From contig CM119269.1 of assembly GCA_051294375.1 (NCBI GenBank), positions 8,243,225-8,307,224 on the forward strand: a DNA stretch of 64,000 nt, written 5' to 3'. Made by a program: the position numbers and the translations under genes. The notes beneath the pieces were generated by a model. That model had not been told where the DNA came from, ran no database searches, and saw only the letters and a program-made list of their open reading frames with translations. This document shows, piece by piece, positions 20,925-59,895 of the stretch; position 1 is the first letter of the stretch, and the number at the start of each line of letters is the position of its first letter. This stretch comes from Paraspadella gotoi (lineage: Eukaryota; Animalia; Chaetognatha).

Positions 20925-22801
20925 TTTTTTCTCCATATTTTGTCAAGGTTTTTTCAATCGTTTCTTTATTAACGTCATCAAAAGTCGCCATTTCAGTCTC
21001 AGCCGCAACAGCAGCCGCTGCCGCAGCCTCAGCCGCCACCGCCACCGCCGCCGACGTCGTAGACACCTTCAACCGCCCCTGGTTCCACTCAAAGGTTCCA
21101 ATCCTCCTCAGACTTTGTAAAATATTTCGTATAGGTATGCACTTATATACACTTATACACTTATGTACTAAAGTCACTACTTTGTTGTTGATCACATTTA
21201 AGAGCGACTTGCTCATTATGTATCAAAAGACAAAAGCGAATTTAAAACTGTTTACTTTGCTCATTGCTGTAGCTTATTTGTTACGAAGTAAAATCAAGGA
21301 GTAACACCGTGTAAATCTAGGCGCCCAAGATCGCTCAAGATCCTTCTTCTTGTACGTGAAGGAACCAAATATTTGAGTGTAAAAATTTCACACTTTTTTT
21401 TCGGATAGAGTGACTGACTGACCTAGTATCTAAAAAATTAAAGAATTGTACTTGTTCTACTTTGCTTGATGGCATTTCATAACCGTAAAATATTAGATTT
21501 ATTTATATAAATATGAAGTTTACTAAATATTTAGCGTTTTGTATTATTAAAGAGGGAGAGGGATGTTAGTATTGTATTGTGAAAAGAAGCAACATCTTTA
21601 CAACACAAGGTTAGAATTCTTTCTTCTCTGGGTTTCTTATTTGATATAATATAATATACATAATACACATCATTCATGTTAGGAAGTCATTATTATCTCG
21701 CTACGCACATGTCTTACTTTTTGGTTTAAGGTTGATTTTTTTTCCAAAAGTCACGGTGTCTTCGTCGTGGAAAGTTGTAAAATAATACTACATTGCGGCG
21801 CAAGAAAAGTAGCCACTAGTTAGCTTTTAATACACCACAATTTCTTTTTTTAATTTTAGGAAAATATACCTGAAAAGTATAGCTCTAGTTTTAATATAAT
21901 TGTTAGAGTATTTATCAATTATATTAATCTGCTTCAACATGAGAAGCCATAAAGAAAAAAAACCTAGATGTTAAAAAGCTTTGAAAGTAAGTTAACACTC
22001 AAATCCTTTTCCCTTGCCTTTAAAAAATTGTTTTCCCATATAGTTTCCTTACTTATTTTAATTTGATTTAGGTTAAAAATAGTTGATACTTATCCCTACA
22101 GATATTTTATGCTAAATTTGTTCAGCTAATTTCATATTATAAATATTTTATAATAGGGAAAAGTCATAGACTTCTTAACTTAAATTAATTTATTCTCATC
22201 AGTTCTTTTGTAACAATCAATTTTGACGGACTATAACTTTTGAACGCTTTGCTCGATTTTAATAGGACTTAGACCAATCTCGTTTTATATTTCTATCTCT
22301 TTGTGAAATTATGCCATACAATATGTTTTTTTTTCGGTGCCGCAGTGTATTAAGTATCACTTGTTGATGTATCAAATTCAACATTTTACATTTTTTGGCG
22401 AAATTCGGGTTCGTCGGCTCGTTATAATTTTTTTTTCTCGCCGTTGTTGTTGTTGTTGTTGTCGTTGTCGTTATTGTTGTTGATGATGGAAATGATTTCA
22501 ACGGAGACAAAAGTTATTTTCTTTTTCGAAAGAAAAAACGACTTCGTTGAGAGGAAAATTTAAAGCGGAGGAAATGAGAGAAAGGAGGAGGAAGAGGAGG
22601 AGGAGGAGGAAGAGGAGGAGGAGTAAGAGGAGGAAAATAAGAAGAAGAAACAAGAGGAGGGAAGGAAAGAGAAGAAGACGTAGAAGAGGAAAGAGAAACT
22701 GGGATATGGAGGAGGAAAGAAAAAAAGAAAAGGGAGGAAGAAGAACAAAGAAAATAAAAAGGGTTTCTTTTCTCTTTTTACAAAGATGACGCGAACGATG
22801 A

Positions 22802-22843
<42 letters not shown>

Positions 22844-22958
22844 AGAAGACGTTGACGATGACGATAACGACAACAAAGACGATGACGTTGAGGACGACGA
22901 CGTCGATGACGAATTCACTCAAGGGAACTCACTAACTATTTCTCTTTCTCGCTTTTCT

Positions 22959-23049
<91 letters not shown>

Positions 23050-23434
23050 ATCTCTCTCTCTCTCTCTCCTCTCTCTTTTTTGCTCTCTCTTTCTTTTTCT
23101 CTTTCTCTCTATCATATTTTCTGCGTAACACCCTTGCACTTTGCTTTTACTCTGGGTGGTTTACATCCCTGTTGCCCTTGACCTATCAGCCCACGAGCCC
23201 CATAAAGCTGAGCCTCCAAAGAGCACCATTAAAGTTGACTGGTCACAGTGAAGTCATTTCGTTCTGAAACTTGAGTGAAAATCTCAACAAAAACAAAAAC
23301 TACTTACATACGTTAGAGGCGTGAATTCTACCGTAATTTTTCAGGGAACATTCGTGAAACTGTAAATATATATATGTATATTTACTAAAGATTAGAGAGA
23401 GAATGAGAGAGAGAGTGAGAGAGTGAGAGAGTGA

Positions 23435-23479
<45 letters not shown>

Positions 23480-24417
23480 CATGTACTGCTAAAGGGCAGA
23501 ATTGAATAGTAAGTAGGTGATCAAATCCCCACTATGTCATTTAATTCTTTCTCGTAAGTCAGAATCTGAAAAACTACTGAGGTCGTAACAGAATATAAAT
23601 TAGTTAAGTGTGGAATAAAAATATGATCGGGAAGAGAAGATCTTTAGTTGTATCTTTTTTTCATAAATTTATTTTAGAATCAATTTTGCTGGCAAGATCA
23701 CTATTAGTGAAATTTTTGCCCTATTTTTGATCGATTGACCGATTGATCAGCTCATTGAAATATTTTTTTATAGATTTATAAACAAATTTATGATTTGTTA
23801 TGTTATGATTTGTTTAAAATGTTTGATGATTACAAATTGAAAGATTTATCTTGAATTATTATCTGATTAGCTGCTTACGTACATCGTTTGCTCAAACTTG
23901 TTTTAATAACCCAAATTAATTTATTTATGTATGTATAAATCGCGATATTTAGTGTCATTTTCGGTGGCGAGCTGATTTAAGTTAAAGAACTAAAACTCCT
24001 TCCCCCCCAAATAACAAACTTATATAAAAGTCTAATACTTAAGCCACTTCCTTAAGTTAAGGAAGTGGTCTTTTCATACAATGGAAACATTCTTTGAAAT
24101 ATTATACCATAGAGAGGGAGGCCAGGTACTCTGGGAGTGAATAAATGAGATTGAAAGCTTGCATAGACCTGTTAAGTCATTATCTTGTAAGAGGGATGGA
24201 GGTCTTAAACCAAAGTCAGGGACAAAATAGCTTATTTATTAAAGGAATGGATAACTTTTTTATTGGTTGTATCAATTTCATAAAACATTAAAAAAAAAAC
24301 AACTTTAAAGTTTAATTGAAAGGTGTTTTGCTGTATGAACCCAAATCAATTTCTAACCTTAAAGAATAAAAATTCTAATGACTAAAATTTGTCACGAGGA
24401 CGACGACAATTTCTTCC

Positions 24418-24497
<80 letters not shown>

Positions 24498-24510
24498 ATC
24501 TCTCTCTATA

Positions 24511-24544
<34 letters not shown>

Positions 24545-24563
24545 CTCTCTTTCTCTCTCTCTT

Positions 24564-24625
<62 letters not shown>

Positions 24626-24678
24626 CTCTTTCTTTCTCTCTCTCTCTCTCTTTCTCTCTCTATCTCTCTCTATTTCTC

Positions 24679-24725
<47 letters not shown>

Positions 24726-24800
24726 TTCTCTCTTTCTCCTTGACCTTCCTTTTTTATGAAGAAACTCATTCAACAAAATCTCCGCTTTTGTTTGAAACCG

Positions 24801-24886
<86 letters not shown>

Positions 24887-25526
24887 TTCAATTTAACTTT
24901 TAAAATTTTGGGGGAGCTTTTGTTTCTACGAGTTTATTTTCTTTTTTTTTCTTTTCTTTTTTTCTCTCAAATTTTATTTCGTACTTTTTACTTTCTCTCA
25001 TTACTTTTTTCTTTCTATCTTTTTTTAAATTCCAATCGCTCTGGTTGGTCCTTCATTTTTCCTCTCGAAATTCCAACTTCTCATTTCCAAACGAGTTTTT
25101 GAAATTGAAATTCATTAGAGGACGAATCCTGTTCTGCTGCTAGCTCCAGAGACTGCTCCAGAGACTGCTCCCCCTGGCGACTGACTGCTTTGCTCCCGAA
25201 ACGTATTCTTGGAGGACTGATTGCTCTACGGGTCAAATTATTAATTATTTTACCAAAAACTAATAAAAACTGACTGTCAGCGTTTTCGTTTCAAAAATAT
25301 TTTTTTCGTTCATTTTTTTGGGGATCCTCATGACGAGAAACAATGACGTGGCTGAACATTTCCTGTATTCCTCTTTTTATCTCTCTCTTTCTTTCTTTCG
25401 CTCTGCTTAAAGATTAATAGCATCAAGTTAATAACCTATAACTGAATAAAATATCTCTTAGAATGACTTAAATTACAGCAAAACGATTGTGAGTTTGCAA
25501 GTTTAAATTCGTTCAGATGGCATATA

Positions 25527-26366
25527 CAGTGTGTCCCAATGGTAGGGTCGGTTAAGAAAAGCTTACTGCTCCTATACCAGATCGAAAAACATTAATTCAT
25601 TACATTGAATATGTTCACAAGTATGGACCATTTTATAGGATACCTAAATTTTAAATATTGAACAAAGCAAACTCCTATAGTTTTTTGATAAAGAAATTGT
25701 AGAAATTTTTTTTTCAGTGATTTTTTTCAAAAAAATTGTTAAATAACATATTTTTTAATATTTATTAAATATTTTTAAATTATGAATTGAATATGTTTTA
25801 AATCTTTTCTTTAGATGCAGGACAGTAAGAAACTACCTCATATTTTTAGCTCCAGAGATTTTATAATTTTAAAATTATCTACTTACGTTGTTCATATTAC
25901 TTTTTTAATTGAATTTATTGAATAAATAGTAACCATTTTGTTCTGGCTTTATGATTCAGTCGCTCAGGATTTCAAATATTAAAATTTAAATATCAATTTA
26001 ATTAACATATTTTTAACAATGTTTATATTTTTTTAATATTGGTTTATTTCTTTATATTAATGCACTTATTTTATATTATTAAAATTTAAATAATTTAGAT
26101 CTATTTAAAACATTTTTTACATAATTTTTTTTAATAAAATGAATTTTAAGATAAGAAAAATTATCTAAAAATTAAAAAAGTGAGAAATCAGGACTCATTT
26201 AAATTAAATGTTCTGAAAAGATAAATTGATAAAAAATTAAATTCGAAATAAATTATCATAAATGGTAAGAACTTATTTTTGTCATTGTTATTTCATAAAT
26301 AACATTTAATAACACAGATCCAAATAATATGTAAAAGTTAACTGACAGTACTATTGGGACACACTG
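25527..26366. mobile_element. Tc1/mariner-type non-autonomous element, ~29-bp TIRs, TA target duplication
   Basis: TA|CAGTGTGTCCCAATGGTAGGGTCGGTTAA ... TTAACTGACAGTACTATTGGGACACACTG|TA, with a very AT-rich non-coding interior. Confidence 0.85.
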
Positions 26367-26612
26367 TATAAATTTATTTTTCTTACTTCAGTTTTCTGAA
26401 AATTATACGTTTATTTTCTTATTACCTATTTCCATCTATGAGAAAAATTTGTATCATGCTGAAGTTATTCAAATACTTATTCTTCAACAATAAATCTACT
26501 GACGAGCATTGCCAGTAACCTAAAACCCTGACAGATTCTTGGCTGCAATCCGGAATTAAATCTTTTGCCAGATTTTCTACTAATTCTCCGATTTAAAATC
26601 AGTTTGATTCGA

Positions 26613-26703
<91 letters not shown>

Positions 26704-29700
26704 CTCTCTCAGTCACGTTTTTTTTTCTCGTTTGTCAACCTGCTTTTGAGGTTTAAAAAAAAAAAAAAAAAAAAACTACGCATTTTCAGAAAAATGAAAA
26801 AAAAGTGAGAAATAAATATGATGCTGTGTCTGGAAGGATTGTGCGGTGGATTCAGTCCTGTTGAATATTCTAACCCCAAGACTAAAAATGGAAAAAAAGG
26901 TGAGCGGATTTACGGTTTAAGACGGAAATACAGACGGACAAACTGACTAATTGATCGAACTTACCAACTGATTGACAGATAAGGACATGATGGTCTTTTT
27001 CATGAAACTGGCCTCTGGCACGCGGTGAAGACTACGATAGATATAGAGTAACCACCAATACAAGTTTGACATTTATGCCACATACAAAACCACTTTCTTG
27101 CTATTTATAATTTTAAGTTTAGAAAAGTAATTCTTTCTTTCGTATTTGTTCGCGGAATCAGAAATTGATTTTCCGATAATTAAGAGGAAAAGCCGTTTCT
27201 CTCCACAATAAAATAGTGTTATTACGCTTTTAAGTACGACATTTATAATATTATTGAGGTTTTTTTTATTAATATCAAAAACGATATTAACACAATACAG
27301 TAACGGTATTAACAACAGCTTAAAAAGACTGGACTGGTATTGGTAACGGTCTAAATAACAGCGTAAAAGACTAAAACATAGAAATTTAAAAATTACACTG
27401 ATAATGATGTAATATATCATTTCATTTTCTTATTACTGAGGTTGTCTACAAGTGCCGAATCTGCCGATGACAATATCAAATTAATATTTCAAAATGTATG
27501 TGTTAAGTCAATCGTGTCAGTTTTTTAAAAGTTTAATAAAAACTGAAAATGAAAAATATAAAAGTCGTTGTGGAAGAAATGAATGAAAACGACGACGACG
27601 ACGACGTTAGCGACGGTGAGAAAATCTAGATAATGGAACGTGCCTTTTTGAAAAAAATAAAACACTTGTCCCCTACTCAGTTTAGACCGGTTCAGGCTTT
27701 CCGTAATATGCAAATAAGATTATCGCGGCCTCATTCTCGATGCACGGAGGGAAAAAACAAAAGGGACGTATTCGGCTTCCAAATGTCAGAGATTAATGAA
27801 AACCCGCTGCATTTTTTCCCCTTTCTTATTCTGGAAAGACTCCAAGTTAATTTCTACTCGATTGATGTCTTCCTTTTGCGAAAAATGGGATGTGAAGGGT
27901 AAGTGGGGGGGGGGTAATCATGAGGTACGCAGGGCGATTGGTCAGTCAGTCGGTCTGTCCGTCGGTCTGTCCGTCGGTCTGTCCGTCGGTCGGTCGGTCT
28001 TTTTTCGATGATCGGATGACGTCGGTTTTAGTTGAATAACATTAATCATTCAGAGATAATATTACTCCAATTATAGTTGAAAAGTTTCATTTAAATTTTA
28101 AAACTTAATTAAAATCGTCTCACCTTGTAAATTGTAAATTGTAAATGGGGCTTCAAAGGATTTTGCTGCCGTTTTGCCAAGTTCTAGTGACGATCGTTAA
28201 TTAGGTAAGAGGCAGTTGGTTAACCTAATGGTTTTCCCTAATGTAAGACTTATCGAAGGAGCAAATGTTCAGAGTTAGTACATTTCTTTCCTGTGTCGAG
28301 GTCCTTGCCGGAACGGTCCTCTTTTTTCTTTCGGTTTTCATGAAAAAATAAACGAGAAAAATAGATTTTATGACAAAAAGGAGGAAGTAAAATGGCCTCT
28401 CCGAAGAGAGGTGAGAAAACGATGCTGGAGTAAGAGAGGGTAGAGAAGAGAGGGCAGAGAGGAAATTACAATGTAGAAAGGTGAGATAAAAGATTTGAGA
28501 TCTTATTAGAAGGGTCAGAGAAAATAGATTTGAGAGTACAGGTCAGAGAAGAGAAGTTGTGAGAGAAGAGAGGTGAGAGTTTGAAGAAAAGAAAAGAGAG
28601 AAAAAAGTTATGAACAGAGAAGCGAAAAGAGAAAATAAGAGAAAAGAGAAGACAAGCCAGATGGAGAGAGAGAAAAGAGGGGTGAGAAGATAGGTTGGAG
28701 AGCAAAGAAGAAAATAGCAAAGGAAGAGAGAGGAGATAAAGAAGGAAAGGAAATAGAAAGTGAGAAAAGGAGAAAAGAGTCGAGGGCGAATTGAAAAGAG
28801 AGGAAAAAAAAAGCAAAAAAATGGGAAAATAGATTTTGGGTGAAAAAAGAGAAAAGAGTTGATTTCGGAATCAAAATTGGGAAAAAATGGGGACGAATTT
28901 TTGAAAGGGAAAAGGAAAAAAATTAATAGAATAATAGAATCAGGTTAGACTTGATGTTTCGTCATTATCGTTTGTAAATTCATGGGTTAAAAGATGAAAG
29001 TAATGTCAAGGGAAATAAATTCTTGAAAAAGGGAATTGGTACGAAATTGAACACACACAAAAAAAAAAAACAAAACAAAACAAAACAAAAACAGAAACTA
29101 AAAACGGTTAGAAAATAGTTCGATAAGTATAAGGGGCAAGATAGCTTATTTATTAAATGAATGGATAAATTTTATATTGGTTGTACCAATTTCATATGTA
29201 GTTGATTGTTGATATAAAGATTTGAAACTTGGGATGAAACTGAGACAACAAATACAAAAAAATAGAAAATATTGACTCTAACAAAAAAAGTTCAAATCGA
29301 TATCGGAGACTCTAAACGGAAATGACACAGTGAACGTGTGGGTTCACCACTGTGGAAGACGAGGCGGTTGTGACTGTATCGCCCGAAACGGAAGCTGATT
29401 TGAAGCGTTCCTCGTCTCTGTAAAGTTACAGTCATTTTTTTCAAAACCTTTATAACAGATTATAGGGAATTGGAATCTCTTCCAGTTGGATATCAGGAAA
29501 AATTGCAAGATGACTCGTTTTAATGAATTAGACTTTAAAATTTAAAATTTGGAAATAAGTGTAAAAATTTAATAAATTTCACTATTTATTAGTTTTAATT
29601 ATATTCTTTATATAAAGTACATTCTTTTATAATGTAATGGGGAGAGGGATGTTATAGGGATGTTATATTATTTACTGTTCTTTCGGGCCTTTTTGTATTG

Positions 29701-29883
29701 GCTAATTAATGGATGGAAAAGATCTCATAGGACGACGAAATAGATCTCTAACTATTTATTTATTTTTCGCTTTTCACTCTAAATTAATTAATTGGTTTTG
29801 CGTATTTTTTTTAACGCAAATACTGTATTATCAAAATACGCTAATATTACGCTATTATTAAAAAAAAAATGTTCGGTCGAGGG

Positions 29884-29984
29884 CAGGGGCGTCGAGAGAA
29901 ATAGCGGGCCCCCCACTAGACTCCTGCCGGGCCCGCCCCCGCCCCTCGCCTGAGACGAGGATGTCCCCCCCCTCGCCACCCCTG
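29884..29984. mobile_element. 101-bp hAT-type MITE
   Basis: TIRs CAGGGGCGTCGAG / CTCGCCACCCCTG; flanked by an 8-bp duplication GTCGAGGG / GTCAAGGG with one mismatch. Confidence 0.8.
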
Positions 29985-30149
29985 GTCAAGGGGTTCCACT
30001 GGTAGTTCTCTGCAATAAAAAAAAAAAAAGAAAAGAAAAGAAGAAAAAAGGTTTTCCGGTTATCGGGTCGCGATAGAAATAATCACCCTGAGGTCGGCGT
30101 CTGTCCCAAGGGTCACCGACTTATCAGTCTATCAGCTTTTCTTTCACTG

Positions 30150-30425
30150 AAAAATCACATTTTCATTGATCCCATTACTTGGGAGGTATTCGGTACTCTG
30201 TCATTGATAACCATGTCACTCTGTCATAGAGGTTATGAATCTTTGAGAGATGAAAATGTCTCGAGGTAAACAGAACGTCATTAATTAGCATACCTTAGGG
30301 TTATCAATGTGTGATTGACCCGTATAAGATTATCGCTATTGAACTCATGTACCTTAGAGTTATCATTCTGTCATTGATCCGCATACTTTGAAGTCATTAC
30401 TATGTCATTGATGCGCATATTTGTA
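30150..30425. repeat. Degenerate ~30-40-bp minisatellite (TGTCATTGATCCGCATAC..)
   Basis: Recurrent TGTCATTGA / TACCTTAG.GTTATCA units upstream of ASPDH. Confidence 0.6.
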
Positions 30426-31115
30426 AGTCGCTCCTACCACAACACTAAAGCCGAGGCTTCCTCGGGAAAGAAAACTTTCTTTTTCCTTATCCAAGTTTTT
30501 TTTCCCCATCGGTCTTTTTTTAAGTTGTTTTTTTTTTTTTGACATTTTTCCCCAATATATTTTTTACGTGTAGTATTGATTTTTTTTATCACCTCTAGGG
30601 ATGATTAATGTGTTTTTTCTCTTTTCAGACTCGACGACTCGGCGACTCCAGCACAAAGTCGTTTACATCAACAAAGACAAAGAGGAAGAAGTAATTCTTT
30701 TTATTTTTCTTTATTACTTTTATTTCATTCTTTTTCTTTGATTTTTTTTTCACTTCCCCTTCTCATTTTCCCGCTCGCTCGGTTTTTATTTACTGAAACA
30801 ACGGCTTAATGCACTTTTTATTCATCAAATAATGTCAATGATATGTTATTCATGTTTTCTTGTATTCCTATTTAATGACTTAAAATAAACTTTTTTTTTT
30901 TAATTTTAATCATAAATTCTTTCGTAATTTTAAACAAAAATATAATGTTTGAAAGTCAAGAATAGCCAACTACTTTTTTTCCCAAACAGGTCGTAATTTT
31001 AAATTTTTTCTTCTTTTCTTTTCTGAGTAAAGTAATTTCAACTCTCCAGTTTCCATTAAGTTCACTGAGTCGTTCTTTTGCCTTTCAGGTGAAAATCACC
31101 GACTCCGTTCACAGA

Positions 31116-35213
<4,098 letters not shown>

Positions 35214-35857
35214 AAAGTGACGCCTCAATCTCCCGAAATCAATGAAGTCACATGGCGCCGTGTTTCTTTTTTTTTCGGCGCTCTCGTTTATTTCTGTATA
35301 AAATTGTGAAATAATATATTTTTGCTAATTTCAATGATAAAAACTTTCTGCTAAACTTTTAAAGATGGTGACTAAGCGTCTCGGTGCTTCTCTTTTCTAT
35401 CCTACATTCGAAAAAAAAAGTCCAGTAGACTTATGCCGGTTTTTCAGGGATGACTTTATCCGTCTCATTTAAATATACTTTTGTCATAACAACGTTGCTT
35501 TATTACATTCATCGTATGTATATATTCGAATAGTTAATTGGGCCTGCAGAAAAATGAATGATAAAAAAAATTGAAGATGAATACGAAATAGAATAAGAGA
35601 AAAAAAATTAAGAATGAAATTTGAAGAATGAAGATTGAAAAGTTTGAAGAAAGAAGATATGAAGAGGAACCGATTTGTCTTCATTTTTGCGTCGACATTC
35701 GAAATCACAAAAGCGAAACTGATGAAGTCGACTCCCCTCCCCCAAAAAAAGGTAGCACTGTGCTGTGCCACTGTGCGCACTGCGCATTCGTTAACCGTCA
35801 CGAGAGGGCGTCATATGTAATTATCATTAACTGAAAAAATTATCTAATTGCTATTTA

Positions 35858-35938
<81 letters not shown>

Positions 35939-36265
35939 ATTATCATTATTATTATTATTCCAGATAATGTCAATAATAACCGTCCTTTACCCTAATTGAT
36001 TAAAGATATCTTTGTTCCCGAAGATGTGCTATTAATAAGAATCAATATTATTTAATTGTACTACACGGTCGTGTTAGACGGCAGCAAGTTTTTACAATCT
36101 GATCATTTTTTTGTAAAATAAGAAAATGTTTTCCCCTTCTTCTCATGTTTGTTCTCGTTGCTTGAAACTTGGGCAGAAACAATGGCGGACAATTAACTTG
36201 TCGACGACTACTGCCTTCGACATCTGTGCCGGCAGAAAATGTGTCGAAAACGGATCACCTCGACA

Positions 36266-36413
36266 GAGAATTGCGTCAGTAACAGACCGCCTCGCCTAAG
36301 AATTGCGTCGGCAACAAATCGCCTCGGCTGAGAATTGCGTCGGAAACAAATCGCCTCGGCTGAGAATTGCGTCGGCAACAAATCGCCTCGGCTGAGAATT
36401 GCGTCGGCAACAG
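36266..36413. repeat. 32-bp minisatellite (GAGAATTGCGTCGGCAACAAATCGCCTCGGCT), ~4.5 copies
   Basis: Head-to-tail units without unique spacers. Confidence 0.9.
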
Positions 36414-36933
36414 ACCCCCCTGGGTGCGAACCCTATCGGCAACAGGCTTTGTCGTCGGAACTCGTTTCCCTTCGACCCGCGTAGACCAAATAATTCTCGT
36501 AGGAAGCATCGCTACGAACGTCGCTTAGGTTAAACTAGTACAGTTATACAGTTATAAAAGAAAAAGAAAAGAAAAGACTAACGTTTTTTCGAAGCTATTA
36601 AATTATCAGTTGCTCTTTTTTTGACGGAGAAAAAAAAGATTAAAAAAAAAAAAGAATAAATAAATAAATAAAAGAAGAAAAGAAGAAAAGATGGGAAAAG
36701 CAAAAATTTGATTCGGAGAATTAGTTCGGACGTTTCGTGTCTCGGAGAAAGTAACGTCTCTCTCTCTCCGTCTCTCATCCCTTAGCGTCGTCAGGTCTGG
36801 CAATCGGTCCTCGTCGTCTCTCTCCGTCGATTCTCGCTATCTGTCTCTCTCGTTCGTCTCTATCTGTGGCATCTCGCGGTGTCTCATCCATGTCTCTCGT
36901 CTGTCTCTCGTCTCTCTCTCTCTCTCTCTCGCG

Positions 36934-58334
<21,401 letters not shown>

Positions 58335-59263
58335 AACAAATAGCATAGCTGCTAACTATCAAATATTGTTATATCTATTTGTTCTTACTCGTTTTAGATC
58401 CGAGACGAACCGAACGGCTAACCTTCAATCATTAAGCACTTGATTCCTAAAAAAAAAAACACATATTTTTTTACAATTAAAAAAACAAAAAAACCTGTCA
58501 TTCATATATGAAATACAAAACGTACTACGTAGAAATAACGCGCGCGATTCGGAATGTAGTTTTTATTCTTCTTTCTCTTAGAGTTAGTTCATTGGTGGGA
58601 GAAAAGTTTGTTTTTTTTGGTTTGTTTTTGTTTTTTTGACGTTTTCTTAGGATTTTTGTTTTATTTTTGCGTTTCGTGTTCAAGTCGATGTCTCGTTCTT
58701 TCTATTTGCTTGTTTATTATTTACTTAGTGGTTTTATATTTTTTTTATCGCACGCACCTTTCACAGGAAAATTCAAAATCTATAATAATAATTAATTTTT
58801 AGATATTTTATCTTTATTTTCTTCTATTTCATGTAATTTTGTTTTAAAGTTATTGAGGCGACTTACTACTTACCACTTATTTTCCAAACAGTTTCATCAT
58901 TTTGTTATGCTTTTCCTTAAAAAATCCATGAGGTAGAAGCAACTATTAAATACAGACGCATCTGTGGCCATAGTATGGTATATAAAGTTTGGTTTATACT
59001 TGAGCAATAAATTAAGTATCTCTAAATTAAATTTTGAAACCGGCGAAAAATTTGAGCTTAGCCCCATTTAATGTGATCACACGAAGCGGATCACCTCGTA
59101 AGTTTGCATTCAACTTTCAAGGTCCTTATGGTCAAAGCTCGAGTTTTCCCTCATGTCAGCAGCGTTATGTGAATTTTAGAACGAAGGTTTTATTAAAAAT
59201 ATGACGTGCGATAAAAATTATCTAAATCACGTTTTAAAATTAATATCAAGTCAAACGTTTTGG

Positions 59264-59835
59264 TCACGCGATCGTAGCGGCGTCGTCTGTAGTCGCTCCG
59301 TCGTTGTCCCTGCCCAAACCGGCGCTCTTTTTGTTCGATTCGGCGGCGCTCCTTCCCGTCGTCGCGTTTCCGACGTCTTCTTCTCCAGCGTCGAGAGTCA
59401 AAGGATTTCGGTGTGCAAAGATGGCGGCGATGACTCCGAGGGCGGCGCCGGCGGCCACGTCGCCTGGATGGTGGGCGTGGTCAGAGACGCGGGTGAGGCT
59501 CACGACGCCGCCGGTGAGAAGAAAGGCGAGCTGGGTAAGGAATGACGCAGAAGAGAGTTAGGTAGATGGATATTGGATAGTAAAATTGGATAGCGAAATT
59601 CATTATAGTAACAGATGATCACTACAGACTTTGTTCCCCCATCTCCAATCCATTTGACATCTGTTCCTCAGCCAAGGTTTACTTACTTGGAAGAAGCTGG
59701 TTAGGACGCCGAAGCCTTTCAAGTGGACCTGGATTCGAAGATGGAATCATGAGATTATGAATTACTTTATCAATTACTATAATAGTTGAGGCTATTGTAT
59801 AAATTAGTCGAGGCTTTCAAACTGAAAATAATATG

Positions 59836-59895
<60 letters not shown>

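Noticed and set aside
20970-22930. Poly-Ala/Pro and poly-Asp patches as a plus-strand gene
   Set aside because: Trinucleotide low-complexity tracts that I could not link into a phased exon model.
24378-25102. Long ORFs such as (SL)n, (RE)n, (SFIH)n here and throughout the track
   Set aside because: Translations of (CT)n/(AG)n and tetranucleotide microsatellites, which lack stop codons.
36266-36413. 32-bp repeats resembling a CRISPR array
   Set aside because: Units are contiguous with no unique spacers, there are no cas genes and the context is eukaryotic: a minisatellite.
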